From: Camelus dromedarius
Taxonomy: Eukaryota
Assembly (NCBI RefSeq): GCF_036321535.1
Contig: NC_087436.1
Coordinates: 93,498,001-93,562,000, forward strand
Direction: 5' to 3'
DNA: 64,000 nucleotides
Shown: positions 12,943 through 25,252 of the stretch, one piece after another
Numbering within the stretch: position 1 is the first letter of the stretch
Layout of the letters: each line of letters opens with the position of its first letter
Made by a program: the position numbers and the translations under genes
The notes under the pieces: model-generated
Told to the model about the DNA's origin: nothing
The model's database searches: none
What the model saw: the letters and a program-made list of their open reading frames with translations, nothing else

Positions 12943-15726
12943 AACATGAGAATGTATGCAAGGCACGAGCGAGCATGAATGCAGAGGCAAGGATGGCTCC
13001 TGAGCAGCTGGAAGAATGGATTTGCCATTTCCTGAGATGGGGCAAGGTTTTGGGAGGAGCTGGTTAGGAGGTAAAGTAGGAATCTGATTTAGGAATTTGG
13101 TTTTAGTACATCATGATACCTGTTAGACACTCATGTGGACATACTGAGCAGGCAAATTGGATATATGAGAAATTCTGAACTCCAGAGTTCAAATGTGAGA
13201 AGGGACCAGCTAAGAAAACCCAAGAAGGGGGAGTCAGTGAGGTAGGAAGTGAACCCAAAGAAGCGGGGTGGGGGGGGCAGTTCAGAAGGCATGTATGTAA
13301 TGAATGTGTTTTAAGACAGAGTAATCATCCAGTAGAGTGAGGATTCAGTCTGACCACTGGCTTCAGCAACATGGAGGTCATTGGTGACTTTGACAAGAGC
13401 AGTTTGATAGAATGACAGGGATGTAAAAGCCTGATTGGAGTGAATCAATGGGAAGAGAGAAAGTAGAGACTACAGATGTAGGCAGCTCTTCATTGTATTA
13501 CTAGCTTGCTGAGGGTGGGACCCATGTTTGTCCCAGAGAGGTAGAATAGCTAGATAGCTAGAGGTGGGAAACTTTTATATGACCTCGAATGGAGGTCAGG
13601 TGCGTCTCAGACTCCCTCCCCTTTTCTTTTACTGGGTAATTTAACTTTAAACCGGCCCAATAGTAACAACTTGATGCCAAAGTCTGTAATGTTAGCTCCC
13701 TCAGACAGGTTTTAGCTCCTTTCCTCCTAACAGGATAATATAGTAATACTGAGTTCTTGAGGGGTGAGTAAGGCAGTTGTTAGGGGTATATAGGATTAGT
13801 CATAAAGTTACAAGGGAAGAAAAATTCGACCTGAAAGGAAATTTATCTGGGATTCACTTGCTTGAATAAAGAAAATGAAGGAATTGTACATAATTAGCCC
13901 TCAGGATAATTTACATCCTAAAACAATATTAGTAGCATCTCCATTTCCTCCTTCCCATATCTTAAAATCAAGAGTTATGAGCAAAGTGTAATGAACAGAC
14001 TTGAGTTTGATCTCCTGGCATTTTCCCAGTCTACCAAGGTGAGGGAGCGGAAGACCCAGAAGGGCAACTGAAAGAGTGGAGGGAAACAGAAGGGCCGTGG
14101 GTTGTGTCTGCATCCCTTCAGTGGCTCAGTGAGACCATCAGGAAAAGTGCTGTACACCTGTTGGGGATGAATACAGGTGAAACTTTCAGGGAGACCTGTA
14201 CAATTTCAGAACCAAAAGAGATATTAAATGTTTTGTTTCTACGAGGCCGTATTAGGTCTGAATCTTTTAAATATAAATGATAGAATTCAATTTGATCACA
14301 GATGTCCTCCCTCCTTTGAAGGACACACCTATTCTGTTAACTCACAGAATTCACAAATGGGATTGTTTCTGTGAGATGAAAGGGATTTTTTTCTTTCAGG
14401 GATTTACTCCCTTCCACTGGTTCACAGAGAAAAAAAAAAAAAAAGGAAGTGGAATTAAACTGCACAATGGAAGATTTAATAAAAGGGAAGTTCTTCCTAA
14501 TGAGGCTCCTTGAGGCTGGTTGTGGCTTCTCTGCAGGATTTTGGAATCACTGCCTCGTAGATGATCAAGGTGTGGGAAAGGCAGAGTGATCGGGAAAGGA
14601 GGGTGGGGAGGCCTTTCGGTCTGTTGAAAGGTAGAAGAAAACACCTGGGTGAGTTTCACTCTTACTTTTAGAGACCCTCCGGCAAGCAGACAAGCACAAC
14701 CCCCCCATCCTGCAGGTTTATTTAGGCCTGTTTGAGACCCATGGGACCGCAGTGAAAGCAGTTGTGTTCCTGTAGGAGATGGTGAGGTGGAGGCAGATGT
14801 GCAGCTTTCTGCTGAGGGAAGTTCTTCACGGACCCAGACCTTGGCCCTGGAGGCCAATGATTTCTCAGGTTTTTGCCCATTCCACTCTTATTTTTTTGTT
14901 CTTGCAGCTTGCCTTTTTGTCTTATCTGAGATTGGCCTCTTAAATTCAGCAACGAAATTTAGGTGGGAAAGAAAGCGGAGTATCGTTTCTATTAAATCCT
15001 GTAATGAGTTAACATGTGGGACACTGTTTTGTATGCTTTTCCCCTGAGGCTGTAAAGTATTGTCATTTCCAAGATAAGGAAGCTTCCCAGGCTGCTGTCT
15101 TCCTTCTGAATTCACATATAATCTAGCATTGTTAACCCTTTGTAGCTCTTTTCCATGCCAGCGTATGTCTGCTAGGGGAAATTTTAAATAAAGCCAGCTG
15201 TGTTAAATATTCATAGAATTGATTTTCACTTGTTTAAAGTCTTTGGTGATTTATCTTTGGGGAGTGTTAATACGGCAGTAATTCTGCATTACATTTCTTG
15301 CACCAACATTTAATTGATACTATATTTCATGAGGATTATTGCAGGTTTATTGCTGCAGTATTTAGAGTTGTGGTCCTGTGCTAGTAATTCAGAGGAATAG
15401 GATTCCAGAATCTGTTGTTTCCATTTTAATTATGTGTGCTTTTGAGCCAACAAGTTTGAGAAGGGCCATTAACTATTTAACAGACCTGATGGACACAAGT
15501 CATTTTGGTGGGGTAGGCCTGGGAGTGCTCGCTTGTGGATGGTATTGTGTGGATCTCTTTTCAAAAAATAATGGTAGATACATTTGACCTATATTCTCTT
15601 TTAAAATGATATAAAAATTGATGAAGGCTTTATTATTTTGGTGGGTATTAGTGGTTGCTTTACTTCCTAATTAAGGTACCTGGGACATCTCAGGCTGTCT
15701 GAACGACAGCAATTATATTGCTTTTT

Positions 15727-16417
15727 TTTTTTTAAACTTTATTGCAGTATAATTTCTGTACAGTAAACTACACATATTTCAGATGCACAATTTGATGAAT
15801 TTTGATAGATGTATACACTATGAAACCACTGCCACAATCAAGATACATAAAATTTCCATCACTCCCCAAAAGGTGCAAATTTCAAACTCCCAATTTATCC
15901 CTTCCCAATCCCTTTACCCCTGGTAACCATTAGTCTGTTCTCTATGTCTGTGAGTCTGTTTCTGTTTTGTAAATAAGTTCATTTGTGTCTTTTTTTTTTT
16001 TTAATATTCCACATATGAGTGATATCATATGGTATTTTTTTCTCTTTCTGGCTTACTTCACTTAGAATGATGATCTCCAGGTCTATCCATGTTGCTGCAA
16101 ATGGCATTTTATTTTTTTATGGCTGAGTAGTATTCCATTGTGTATGTATGTATATATATGTATATATATGTGTGTGTGTGTATATATATATATATACACA
16201 CACCACATCGTCTTTATCCAGTCACCTGTCGATGGACATTTAGGTTGTTTCTGTGTCTTGGCTACTGTAAATAGTGCTGCTGTGAACCTTGGGGTACATG
16301 TGCCTTTTCGAATTATATTTTTCTCTGGATGTATACCCAGGAGTGGGATTGCTGGATCATATGGTAAGTTTATTTTTAGCTTTTTAAGGAACCCCCATAC
16401 TGTCCTCCATAGTGGCT
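15727..16417 (-). mobile_element. 5'-truncated L1, apparently chimeric (old-type 3' terminus joined to a young L1 3'UTR)
   Basis: Poly-T tail, L1 3' blocks ('ggagtgggattgctggatcatatggta'), TSD ttatattgcttttt (15713-15726) / ttatgttgcttttt (16418-16431). Confidence 0.88.
16139..16203. repeat. (TA)n/(TG)n compound microsatellite in the L1 3'UTR
   Basis: Seen directly. Confidence 0.9.
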
Positions 16418-17634
16418 TTATGTTGCTTTTTAAGGGAGGCTGATCTACATCGTTATTCTCTTCTAGAAACTTCAGTAGTTTTTCAAACCACTAAGACACC
16501 AGTATTCTAACTGTGTGGTTCTCATTGGAACCTCACACAGTATGACACTTAATAGGTGCTCACTATTACATTGAAAAAACAAATAAATGTCTATATGGTG
16601 AAAACCTTTTTGTTGAGTAAATACACAGCTGTTCACTCAGAACATAGAAGTGGCATATATATGACACAGTAGTGGGCCCTAAAGAAAGGAGGAGGGTTTG
16701 CCCGTCAATCCCAGTCCTTAATAAATATTTGTTTAATGAATGAGAAGCAAAAAAAGGTAGTGGGTAGTTCTAGGTGGGTAGAAGAGTAAAAAGTGCAGAG
16801 GCTGGGAAATCACGGCCAGGCCAAAGCCTTAGTATGCTGTATTGGGTTTAACTCAGGCAGGAGAATGTTCTGGAAGGAACCCCAGACTAGAAGTCAACAC
16901 ACTTTGGTTCTTTGCCACTTACTCAAAATATGATCTTGGGTAGCTGTGAATTTTTAGGCCTTGGTTTTCTCATTTGCTTTGCCTTTTCTGAAGGCTTACT
17001 GTGAGGCTCAGATGAGGAAATTTATACAAGTGTTTTGCAGACTGTGAAGGGTCACACCTGTGAGGTGTTTCTGTGAACCTTGATGGATGATGAGGGTTAT
17101 TCATCCATCAAATACTTACTGAACACCTGCAGTAGGCCATGCCTGTGATAGTGGTGGGTTCAGTGCAGGCCTTACCTCCTGGGCTTTCGTTGTAGTGGTG
17201 AGAAAGGTATTAACCAAACAACCACTCAGGTATGTAATTACAAACTGTTATAAGTACCTCGAAGTACAGTGTGCTAGTGGCTCATTTAGTCCGGTTCTGG
17301 GGCTTGGGGGTTACCCTGTACTATGTGGAGTCATTAAGGTTTTTGTAGGGAGTGACTTAAACCCAACATTGCTTTTAGGAAGTTTAATCTAGTGGATAGG
17401 ATGGATTGATGAAGGATTGGAGTCTGGGAAGATAGTTAAATGAAGCTACTGCCATCTATATCATTTATGTGTCCTAGGACATACGTATGTCCTTATATTC
17501 TTGGAATTATTTTAATATTTTAAGTGTTTAATGTTGATGCTTGTATGTGAGGTTTTCTAGGGTCTTGATGTTTATTTGGTTTTCATTTGGTATATTACTG
17601 AGCATTGATTTTTATTCAAACACGAAGTTACCAT

Positions 17635-17865
17635 AAAATATTAGTGAACACTTACATAGGTTCTTCCATGTGCCAGAGACACTGCGCTTAGTGCCTTATA
17701 CACAGTAACGTCTGTTAACTCTCAGCCACCACATGAGGTGCTGAGACCATGTTATCCTCATTTTACAGATGAGGAAGCTGAAACTTGCTCAAGGGTATAC
17801 AGCTGGTAAGTGGGACTTGGCCCCAGGCCACATACTTCCAAGTGTATGTTCTTAATCACTTCATT
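17635..17865 (-). mobile_element. MIR SINE
   Basis: Reverse core 'cattttacagatgaggaagctga...ttgctcaagggtatacagctggtaagtgg'. Confidence 0.82.
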
Positions 17866-18517
17866 ATCACCTTTTCACTTAAAAAGAAAGAATTAATTTA
17901 ACATTCTGTGAGAGAAGATAAAGATACCAGTAAAGCAACCTTTAAATAACCACTGTGAATCCCTTGTCTCTATATATTTCCGTCTTGTTTTTTTTTTTTA
18001 AAGTAAATTTTTGCTAATTACAAAATTAGGAAGAAAACCTATTTTAATGCAAAAATCTTTTACAAATTTATACTGTGGTTTTATTCATTTTGCCAGGAGG
18101 AATTATAAAAGTTTGGTAGTCCTTGACATTGCTTTCTGGGCTGCATGTCTCCCCATCTTTCCTTTCGTTTCATAATCAGAATAACTCAGCCAAGTGGATG
18201 AGCGTTCAGACCTGTCACTGTAGTAGATCTGATGTTTGCCTCTTGCCTTTCATTGCCCATAAGAACTTCAGTCAGTGTCATTTGTGTGTTTAGTTTCAGC
18301 ACAACAGAATCTTAGTGTGAGTAGCACCTGTAGTGTGTGCATAGCTGACTCCCTGAGTTCACAGATGGGGACCCCCAAATTAAGGCAGACAGGGTCATGG
18401 TGCTGATTACTGCCTGAGCCAGAATTGGAGGGCAGGACGCATCAGCCTAGTGTCCCCCACAGCCTGGTTAGGCTTTGCATGTGCAGGGTAGCAGCATATG
18501 CCACCCCTAGCTTCAAC

Positions 18518-19073
18518 TGTAGGAGTTCAGGACATGTCACCTCAGAATATGCCACTTTGATATGTTGATTATTTTGAGCTGTAAGCACTTGAAAAATAAC
18601 AAATTCAGGAAGAGGCTTTGTTTGAACTCCCCTTATGTGCCTGAAGACAGGTCCCCCAGAAAGAACTCAGTTGTCATAGATCCCCACCCGGGAGTTTTAT
18701 CAACCAGGGAAGATTGACTCCCATCAGGAGAGGAGACTAGGAGCCGACACCACCCCCACACAGACTTTGTTACAAACTGTCATGTCTCATTGGTTCTTCT
18801 AAGGGCCCATTCATCTTTCCTAAAAATCATTTACTTTCTGCTAAAAGGTAGACATCCGTTCCCTTCCCCTGCCCTATTATGATGGTATTTGAGTCTGAAT
18901 TCTAAGCCACCTCTTTGAGTTACTCATTTTCCCCTGGGTGTCTTCCATGTATACAAGGTATACATGTTAATAAGCTTCTGTTGTTTTTTCTCTTGTTGAT
19001 CTGTCTTTTATTACAAGGGTTTCAGCTAAGAACTCAGAAGGGTAGAGGGAAAGTTATTTTTTCCTCCCATACA
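18518..19073 (+). mobile_element. ERV1 solo LTR, MER34-like
   Basis: TGTAGGAG start, 'aatatgccactttgatatgttgattattttgagctg', end 'gggtagagggaaagttattttttcctcccataca'; homologous to 21962-22502. Confidence 0.8.
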
Positions 19074-19462
19074 TGTTTCTGTGGTCCTTCTTTCTTTCTT
19101 TTTTAATATTATTTACATTCTATTTCATTTGTGTAATATAATTGACAGTGGAATTTTGTATAAATTCAGCCATGTCCCATTGCTTTGAAGTGAGGGTAGG
19201 ACTATTCAAAGTGAGTTTGTGTTCAGATTATTTCAATTTAGGTAATACTTCAATCTTAAAATCTTTTTTTTCCTGTAATTTTAGTTTTTGTCAACCCAGA
19301 ATGCTTTATTAACAGAGACTTCTGATGTTAATTTCCCTCATCACACTGTTGTAGTTTTCATTTGTTTTTCTTATTTTTCCTAACACTAAATAAAAACTTT
19401 AATCCTGAGCTGTGGGCCAAGATGGATATGCTACAAAAAGTCTGAATTCAGAATTAAACTAA

Positions 19463-19616
19463 TGGGGGAGGGTATAGCTCATTGGTAGAGTGCACGCTTA
19501 GCATGCGCAAGGTCCTGGTTTAATCCCCAGTACCTCCATCATAAATAAATAAATAAATAAATAAACAAACAAACAAACCTTAATACCCCCCCCCCCAAAT
19601 AAAGAAAAAATACAAA
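19463..19616 (+). mobile_element. tRNA-derived SINE, camelid Vic-1-like
   Basis: A box 'tagctcattgg', B-box-like 'ggtttaatccc', (TAAA)n(CAAA)n-C-run-A tail; TSD cagaattaaactaa (19449-19462) / cagaatgaaactaa (19617-19630). Confidence 0.9.
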
Positions 19617-20633
19617 CAGAATGAAACTAAACCATTGACTTTGAATTGGTTTGGTTTATGGCTCAAAACAATTTTTTGTACTGATAGTAAGAGAAAATGT
19701 TTTGTACTGTCTCATAAATGACTTTTTATAATTACTTTTTGATTCTGCATTTGTTCTTGACCTTCGGGAAAAAGTCCCCCGAGGACTCTGCTTTTGTTTG
19801 GTTAATGCTGTTAACTGCTAAAAAGCACATTCTCTGTAGGAATTGGGTGTGGATATGTTTCTAAAAAAGAGACATATGCTTTGCAGTTTCACAAATTGTT
19901 TCACTTTCTTATTATATGGTTAGAAGCTCTTTTTGGATTCCTTATGCTTTTTGTGATTGGTGTTAGTCTTTCTATAACAGGTCTTTTGTCCCTGTTTTAT
20001 CATCTACCAGTTATATCTCAGTAAGAGAGCCAGGAGGCCAGAATCTCTTGAATATTCTGTGCAGAATTTTGTGTTTATAGGATAAGCTCTCTTATCTGGG
20101 ATTATCATGACCAGCAGCTGCTCAGTTGAAGTGGAGAAGTATAAAAAAATGTTACTTTCTATCTTAAACATTTTATTTTAAAATCAAACATGGAAATGTA
20201 CATCCACTTGCTAATTTCTGAGCCAGGGCCTGGTAAGTGTTTTCCATGATGTTTTTTGCACATAAACCGTAACCTGTGATGCCTGGTCTACCTGGTTTTC
20301 AGTTTGGGTTGCTTTAAAGGGTTATAGGAACTAAGTGTCGAATCCTTCTAGATTTTTCTGATTTGCCTCCCCATCCTTTGCCATTTCCTCTTCATCCCTA
20401 ATATAATAGCAGTTATTTTAGTTTTTCTCTTTTATTAAGTTATTCCATAGTATTCAGATATTCAACTTGATTTTCATAGAAACATTTTTTTCTGAACTCA
20501 TATTTTATGTGTTTATATATAATTTACTATGTGTTTATATACAATTAAATTAAATTGTGAGAATAACTGGCATAAATAGAAGTAAATACATCTAACCCTA
20601 GAGAAGGATACAGCTTCATTGGTGGGAGCAGAT

Positions 20634-21702
20634 CACTGTTTATTAACCTGTGTCTGGTGAAGGTCTAGTCTTTTTATTTTCAATCTGTCATGGACCTGTA
20701 CTTTTATTTAAAAAAGAAGAAGAAAAGAAATAAAAAAGACATGTAATATTGCAAGCCTTAATTTTTTTTTAACATTTTAGAAACAACATAAATAAAATTA
20801 CATTTTCACTACCTATAAACAACAAATATAAGGAAAAAAATTACAAAATCTATACATGTTCTTTAAAAGCTTGCATATAGGCAGTTCACGTAAAGAATCA
20901 CTATTACTCTTGTTAATTTGTTAACCCAGTTATAGCTAAAGAAAAACTTATGAGTAAAATGGAGATTATCCATATTAAATATCCTATGTGTAATTTTAAC
21001 AAACTCTATGTATGTCAATGTCTAAGATTTTTGGTGTCACAAATGAACTTGCTTCTTGCTTGTTAACCTATCTACTCTAGGCTGGGTTAGTGACAGCTAC
21101 TCCCAAGGTTAATGTTTAATGTATATCTAAACTGGTTATGGTTTTGTTTTAATAACACTCTTGGTAGAAGAACTGGCCTTGTAGAGGGATGTTGATGAGT
21201 ACGGAAAAAGAGGAAGCAATTTCAGCAAGCTCAAGATCTTCTTTTTTTTTTTTTTTTTTTTTACTTTTCTCCAAAATGAAGCAAGTGATTCTCTAGTGTC
21301 AAAATTTACCTTCAGTTCTTCCTCAGTAGCCAATTCCAACTTGTCCTTTAAATTTATGGTCAAATTTAAATGATCTTTTGATGAAAAAAAAGAGAATTCA
21401 GATTTTAATGCATGTGCATTACAGTTGACAAAGTAACCTTAAACTATTGCTTGTGATCACCTGGTTCCATAGCCCTTAACCGGCAGGCAGCTGGTACCAC
21501 ATATGGCTCACCTCACAAGATGAACACTAACTACCAGAACTGGTCACTGAGATGAGTCTGCTGTTCATGCTCTTGGTTGTGACAGCCGTGTCTGATGGCT
21601 ACCGATGTTTCTAAATGCTCACTCTCCATTTCCTGGACAGCTGGTAACAAATGGTTTGCAGGCTGGCATCTATATCTCTGGACCACACTTGGAGGAGCCC
21701 TG
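20634..21702 (-). mobile_element. hAT-Charlie DNA transposon (Charlie5/MER33-like), internally deleted, with a transposase relic
   Basis: Degenerate MER33-type ends ('ggaccacacttggaggagccctg'). Minus-strand translation 'LKDKLELATEEELKVNF..SLASFWRKVK..SVIKTK' and, in another frame near 21040-21100, 'LSLTQPRVDRLTSKKQVHL*', resembling the hAT C-terminal dimerisation region. Confidence 0.82.
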
Positions 21703-21961
21703 GGCCCAGGTAGCGTCTCCTACTAGTTGTGAGCTGCTGGTGTTCTGAAACATTAGTTATTATGCTCTATAGACGGAATGGGATGTGCTGGTTAATCTGG
21801 CAAGTTGGTTAAAGGGGAGATCAGTTAAGAGAGCTTCTTCTGTATAAACGTTTTTCCCTCTGGGAAGATTCTTAGCTTTCATGAGATTCAAAGTATCAGA
21901 CGTATGTGTGTGCCATGAATCTGTTTATCGCATGACTGAACATAGGGCTCATGCTTTCATC

Positions 21962-22502
21962 TGAAGGACTTGTAGACATGCCACCTATGCTATTTTGATT
22001 GTTTTAAACGTAAGGCTCTTGAAAAGCAGCAAATGCAGTAAGAGGCTTTCTCCAAACTCCCCTTATCTACCTAAAGACAAATCCTTCAAAAGGAACTCAA
22101 TTGTCATAAATCCCCTTCCGGGAAGTTTCAGCAGCCAGGGAAGATGCCTCTTCACGCATGCAAGCCACACCCAGACAGACTCCATAACAAACTGTCATAT
22201 CTCCCATCTATTCTTCTAAGGGTCCATTCTTCTTTCTTAAAAATCATTTACTCTCCCCTGAGAGGCTGACATCCCTCCCTCCCCTTCCCGTATTAAGATG
22301 GTATATAAGCTCTCAAATCTCACTGCTTTTTTGGGAACTGTATTTTTCCTCTGATCTCCCTATGTGTATAATATTAAAAATTAATAAATTTGTATACCTT
22401 TTCTCCTGTTAATCTGCCTGTTCCCAGTTTATGTCATATTTATTATTAAATATGTATTTATTAAACCTAGGAGGGTAGAAGGAAAGTCTTTCCTCCCCTC
22501 CA
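21962..22502 (+). mobile_element. ERV1 solo LTR, MER34-like
   Basis: TG...CA ends with a perfect 4-bp TSD catc (21958-21961 and 22503-22506); TATA-like 'tatataag'; AATAAA near 22383. Confidence 0.88.
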
Positions 22503-23559
22503 CATCTTTGCCTATCTTTGAATAACCGAGTGGGCTTTGCATGCAGCTGCTGGGTATTACTGCGTATAGTCTGATATGGAAAGTAGCCATTTCAGTGGAG
22601 ACATTTTCTAGAGCCAAGTTCTTTAAAGTGTAGTTTTCCTCTAAGGAAACAACATGCTCTTGAATTCTCGTTTCTCTTCTGGTGAATGGGAATCTGTCCA
22701 GTTATCCCCTAGAAATCCCAGTGTTTGTTCCTTCTGTCCTTTACCTGAGTATATTGCTTGGGCCCAGGAGAATTTAGCTGTTATTATAGTGAAACATCTC
22801 TTGAAAAAATGATCACTTTGGGTGTTTCTATCCCCCATTTTTATCTTTTCATTCAACTACAATTGTAAATGATTTTAAATCCTCCTATGAACAAGGACTG
22901 CTTCGGGATAGCTGTGATTTATCCTACTTTTATTATAGTTGAGATGGAAGCAAGTTTTTTGTGTTTTTAAAGCAAACGAAATTTTGGCCATAGTTAAAAC
23001 TCACTTTCATGAAAGTTATCAGTAGAGTCCTTGGTGTCTGAAAAGGGAGTGAGTGTCTTTGTAATAGTAATCACCAGGATTTTGAAAGAGAAGGCAACAA
23101 TGAAGGCTGCAGAGGGGAGTGAGAATATACTGATGATGAGTGTAGATTTATCTCAGAGTGAAAAAAGGTGTAGTGTGTTAATTTTAGAAGCATTTCCTTT
23201 CTTCACATTATACCTTGCAATTTGATGTTTTTCAGTATCCTAAAATGAGCTGACTTGACAAAGTATCATTAAAAAAACGACAACTTGGCATCTTTTGCAA
23301 GGCTTTTTTTCCCACCACCAGAAAAACCAGTGGTAAATTTGAAACACATTTAGAGGAAAGGCATTTTGATGTAATTCTAATAGCTGTCACCTACTCAGTG
23401 CTTATGGTATCCACATGCTTGACACACTGTTCTTCATTTAATCCCTGAAAGAAGCCGAGGGCTTAGGCAGGATCATTTACCCCAGTGTCTGAAGTGCAGA
23501 GTCTGTGCTAGACATTGGCAAGTGGTGGTTTGCAAACTAGACTTCATCCCTGCCCTCTG

Positions 23560-23772
23560 GATGCTCCTCATCTAATCAGGAGAGACTTATAAATATATAA
23601 TTAGAAATGGTGGTAGGTTCTAAGAGGAGAAACCATAGGGTGCTGTGAGAACACTCTGAAACAGGGCACTCACCTAGTCCTCAAGGCTGATAAGGGAAAG
23701 CCTTCCTGATTAAGTGATATTTAAGCTGAAAACTGAATAATATTGAGGAGTGGAAGTTAGCTAGGGTGAATG

Positions 23773-23803
<31 letters not shown>

Positions 23804-24085
23804 TGTGTTGGGGTGAGGGGTGGGAGGACATTCTAGACAAAGAGCACAATTTGCAAATTTGCAGTGTGTCTTTGGAGTGACGATGAAGGCTGACTCAAGG
23901 ACTGTCACATGCAAGGGGGAGGGGCCTTGAGGGTTGGAGCTGCAGATGGGGTACAGGACACGAGGCTACCACCAGAATTTTGGTCCTTATTTTAAGTGCA
24001 ATGGAAAACTATGTAAGAGTTGTAGGTTGGGGAAAGATGTGGATAGAATTACTTTTCCCAAGGATCATTCTGGGCCACTGTGGGT
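23560..24085 (-). mobile_element. L2 fragment
   Basis: 'agggaaagccttcctgattaagtgatatttaagctga', 'taagtgcaatggaaaacta', 'aaggatcattctgg'. Confidence 0.7.
23771..23808. repeat. (TG)n microsatellite
   Basis: Seen directly. Confidence 0.95.
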
Positions 24086-24776
24086 GTAAGTCCTAAGGGA
24101 GCCTTATAAAAGGGCTATTCAGTTCAAACAGTCTGCTAAACCTTTGCTGAGTTGTGTATGATGAGTTTGGTTCTCAGCCCTTGGCTATTTTTGTCCTTTA
24201 TAACCCTATTTATTCAACAGGATTCAAAGTTTGCTGTTGACACCTTCCTCTGCTTTACAAGGTGACTGTACCTCGAGTACATTCTTTTTGTTGGGAACTC
24301 TGCATCTTTGCAAGAAACTGTAAAACAGCAATAATCTTTGAGTGTTACAGGCTTGCAGAATGGTTGTCAGGCACCGCCCACAGGGCAGATAGCTCTTTAT
24401 CACCATAGTCTGGAGGCTGGTTTTCAGCTTTGATAGACTGGAAAATCAGTTCTTTTCTCAGCACACCTATAAAGTATTGGACTCTAGATGTCAGGTTCTT
24501 GTCAACCCAAATCACAAGAGATTCATGTAAACTAAAATATCAGATGTTAATGTTAGAGTGAAGACTAGAGCTAGAAGTGGGTCTAGACCTGAGTTCTGGA
24601 GGGAAACCTACCCAAGAAGCCAAATGGGAATCTGATGTCATGCATTGGTCATATCCCCATGAGGGCCGTCTCCAGAGGAGACCAGATCCTGTAGTCCACT
24701 GGACGTTAATAGACATTGTGTTTGCTGTTTGGATTTCTTTTTGTGAGTTCAAACCCTTCCTTGTCTATTTAATATA

Positions 24777-25252
24777 TTTTTTAAACATTTTTAACTTTGA
24801 AATAATTTAAGGTTTTCAAAAAGAATAGCAAAAAGTACAAAGAATTCCTTTACATTCTTCATCTTGATTTTCTAAATGTTAATATCTTACACAATCACTG
24901 TATAGTGATCAAAATCAGGGTATAAACATTGATTTAATACTGTAATGTAAGGACCTTATTTAAATTATGCCTGTTAATGTCCCATTAATGTTCTTTTTCT
25001 AGTCTAGGATCCAGTCCAGGATTACATGTTACATTCAGTGTCATAGTGCCTTAGTCATCTTAATACGGAACAGTGCTTCAGCCTTTCTTTGTCTTTCATA
25101 ACCTTCACACTCTGAAGAGTACTGACCAGCTCTTTTGTAGAGTGCCCCTCAGCGTGGGTTTGTTCATTGTTTCCTCGTGACTGAATGAAGGTTATGCATT
25201 TTTGTTAAGAATATTATGGAAGTGATCTTGTGTGCTTCTCAGGACTTCACAT
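24777..25252 (-). mobile_element. Ancient L1 3' end (L1MC-like)
   Basis: 'tttaactttgaaataatttaagg', 'ctagtctaggatccagtccaggattaca', 'tgaagagtactgaccag'. Confidence 0.8.

Larger units (their letters stand above)
11400..13490 (-). mobile_element. L2 LINE split by two nested LTRs
   Basis: L2 blocks before 11538, at 11924-12230 and after 12675, e.g. 'ggaggtcattggtgactttgacaagagcagttt'. Confidence 0.8.

Noticed and set aside
19463..19540. tRNA gene
   Set aside because: It has a TSD, a simple-repeat tail, a degenerate B box and a second dispersed copy, so it is a SINE.
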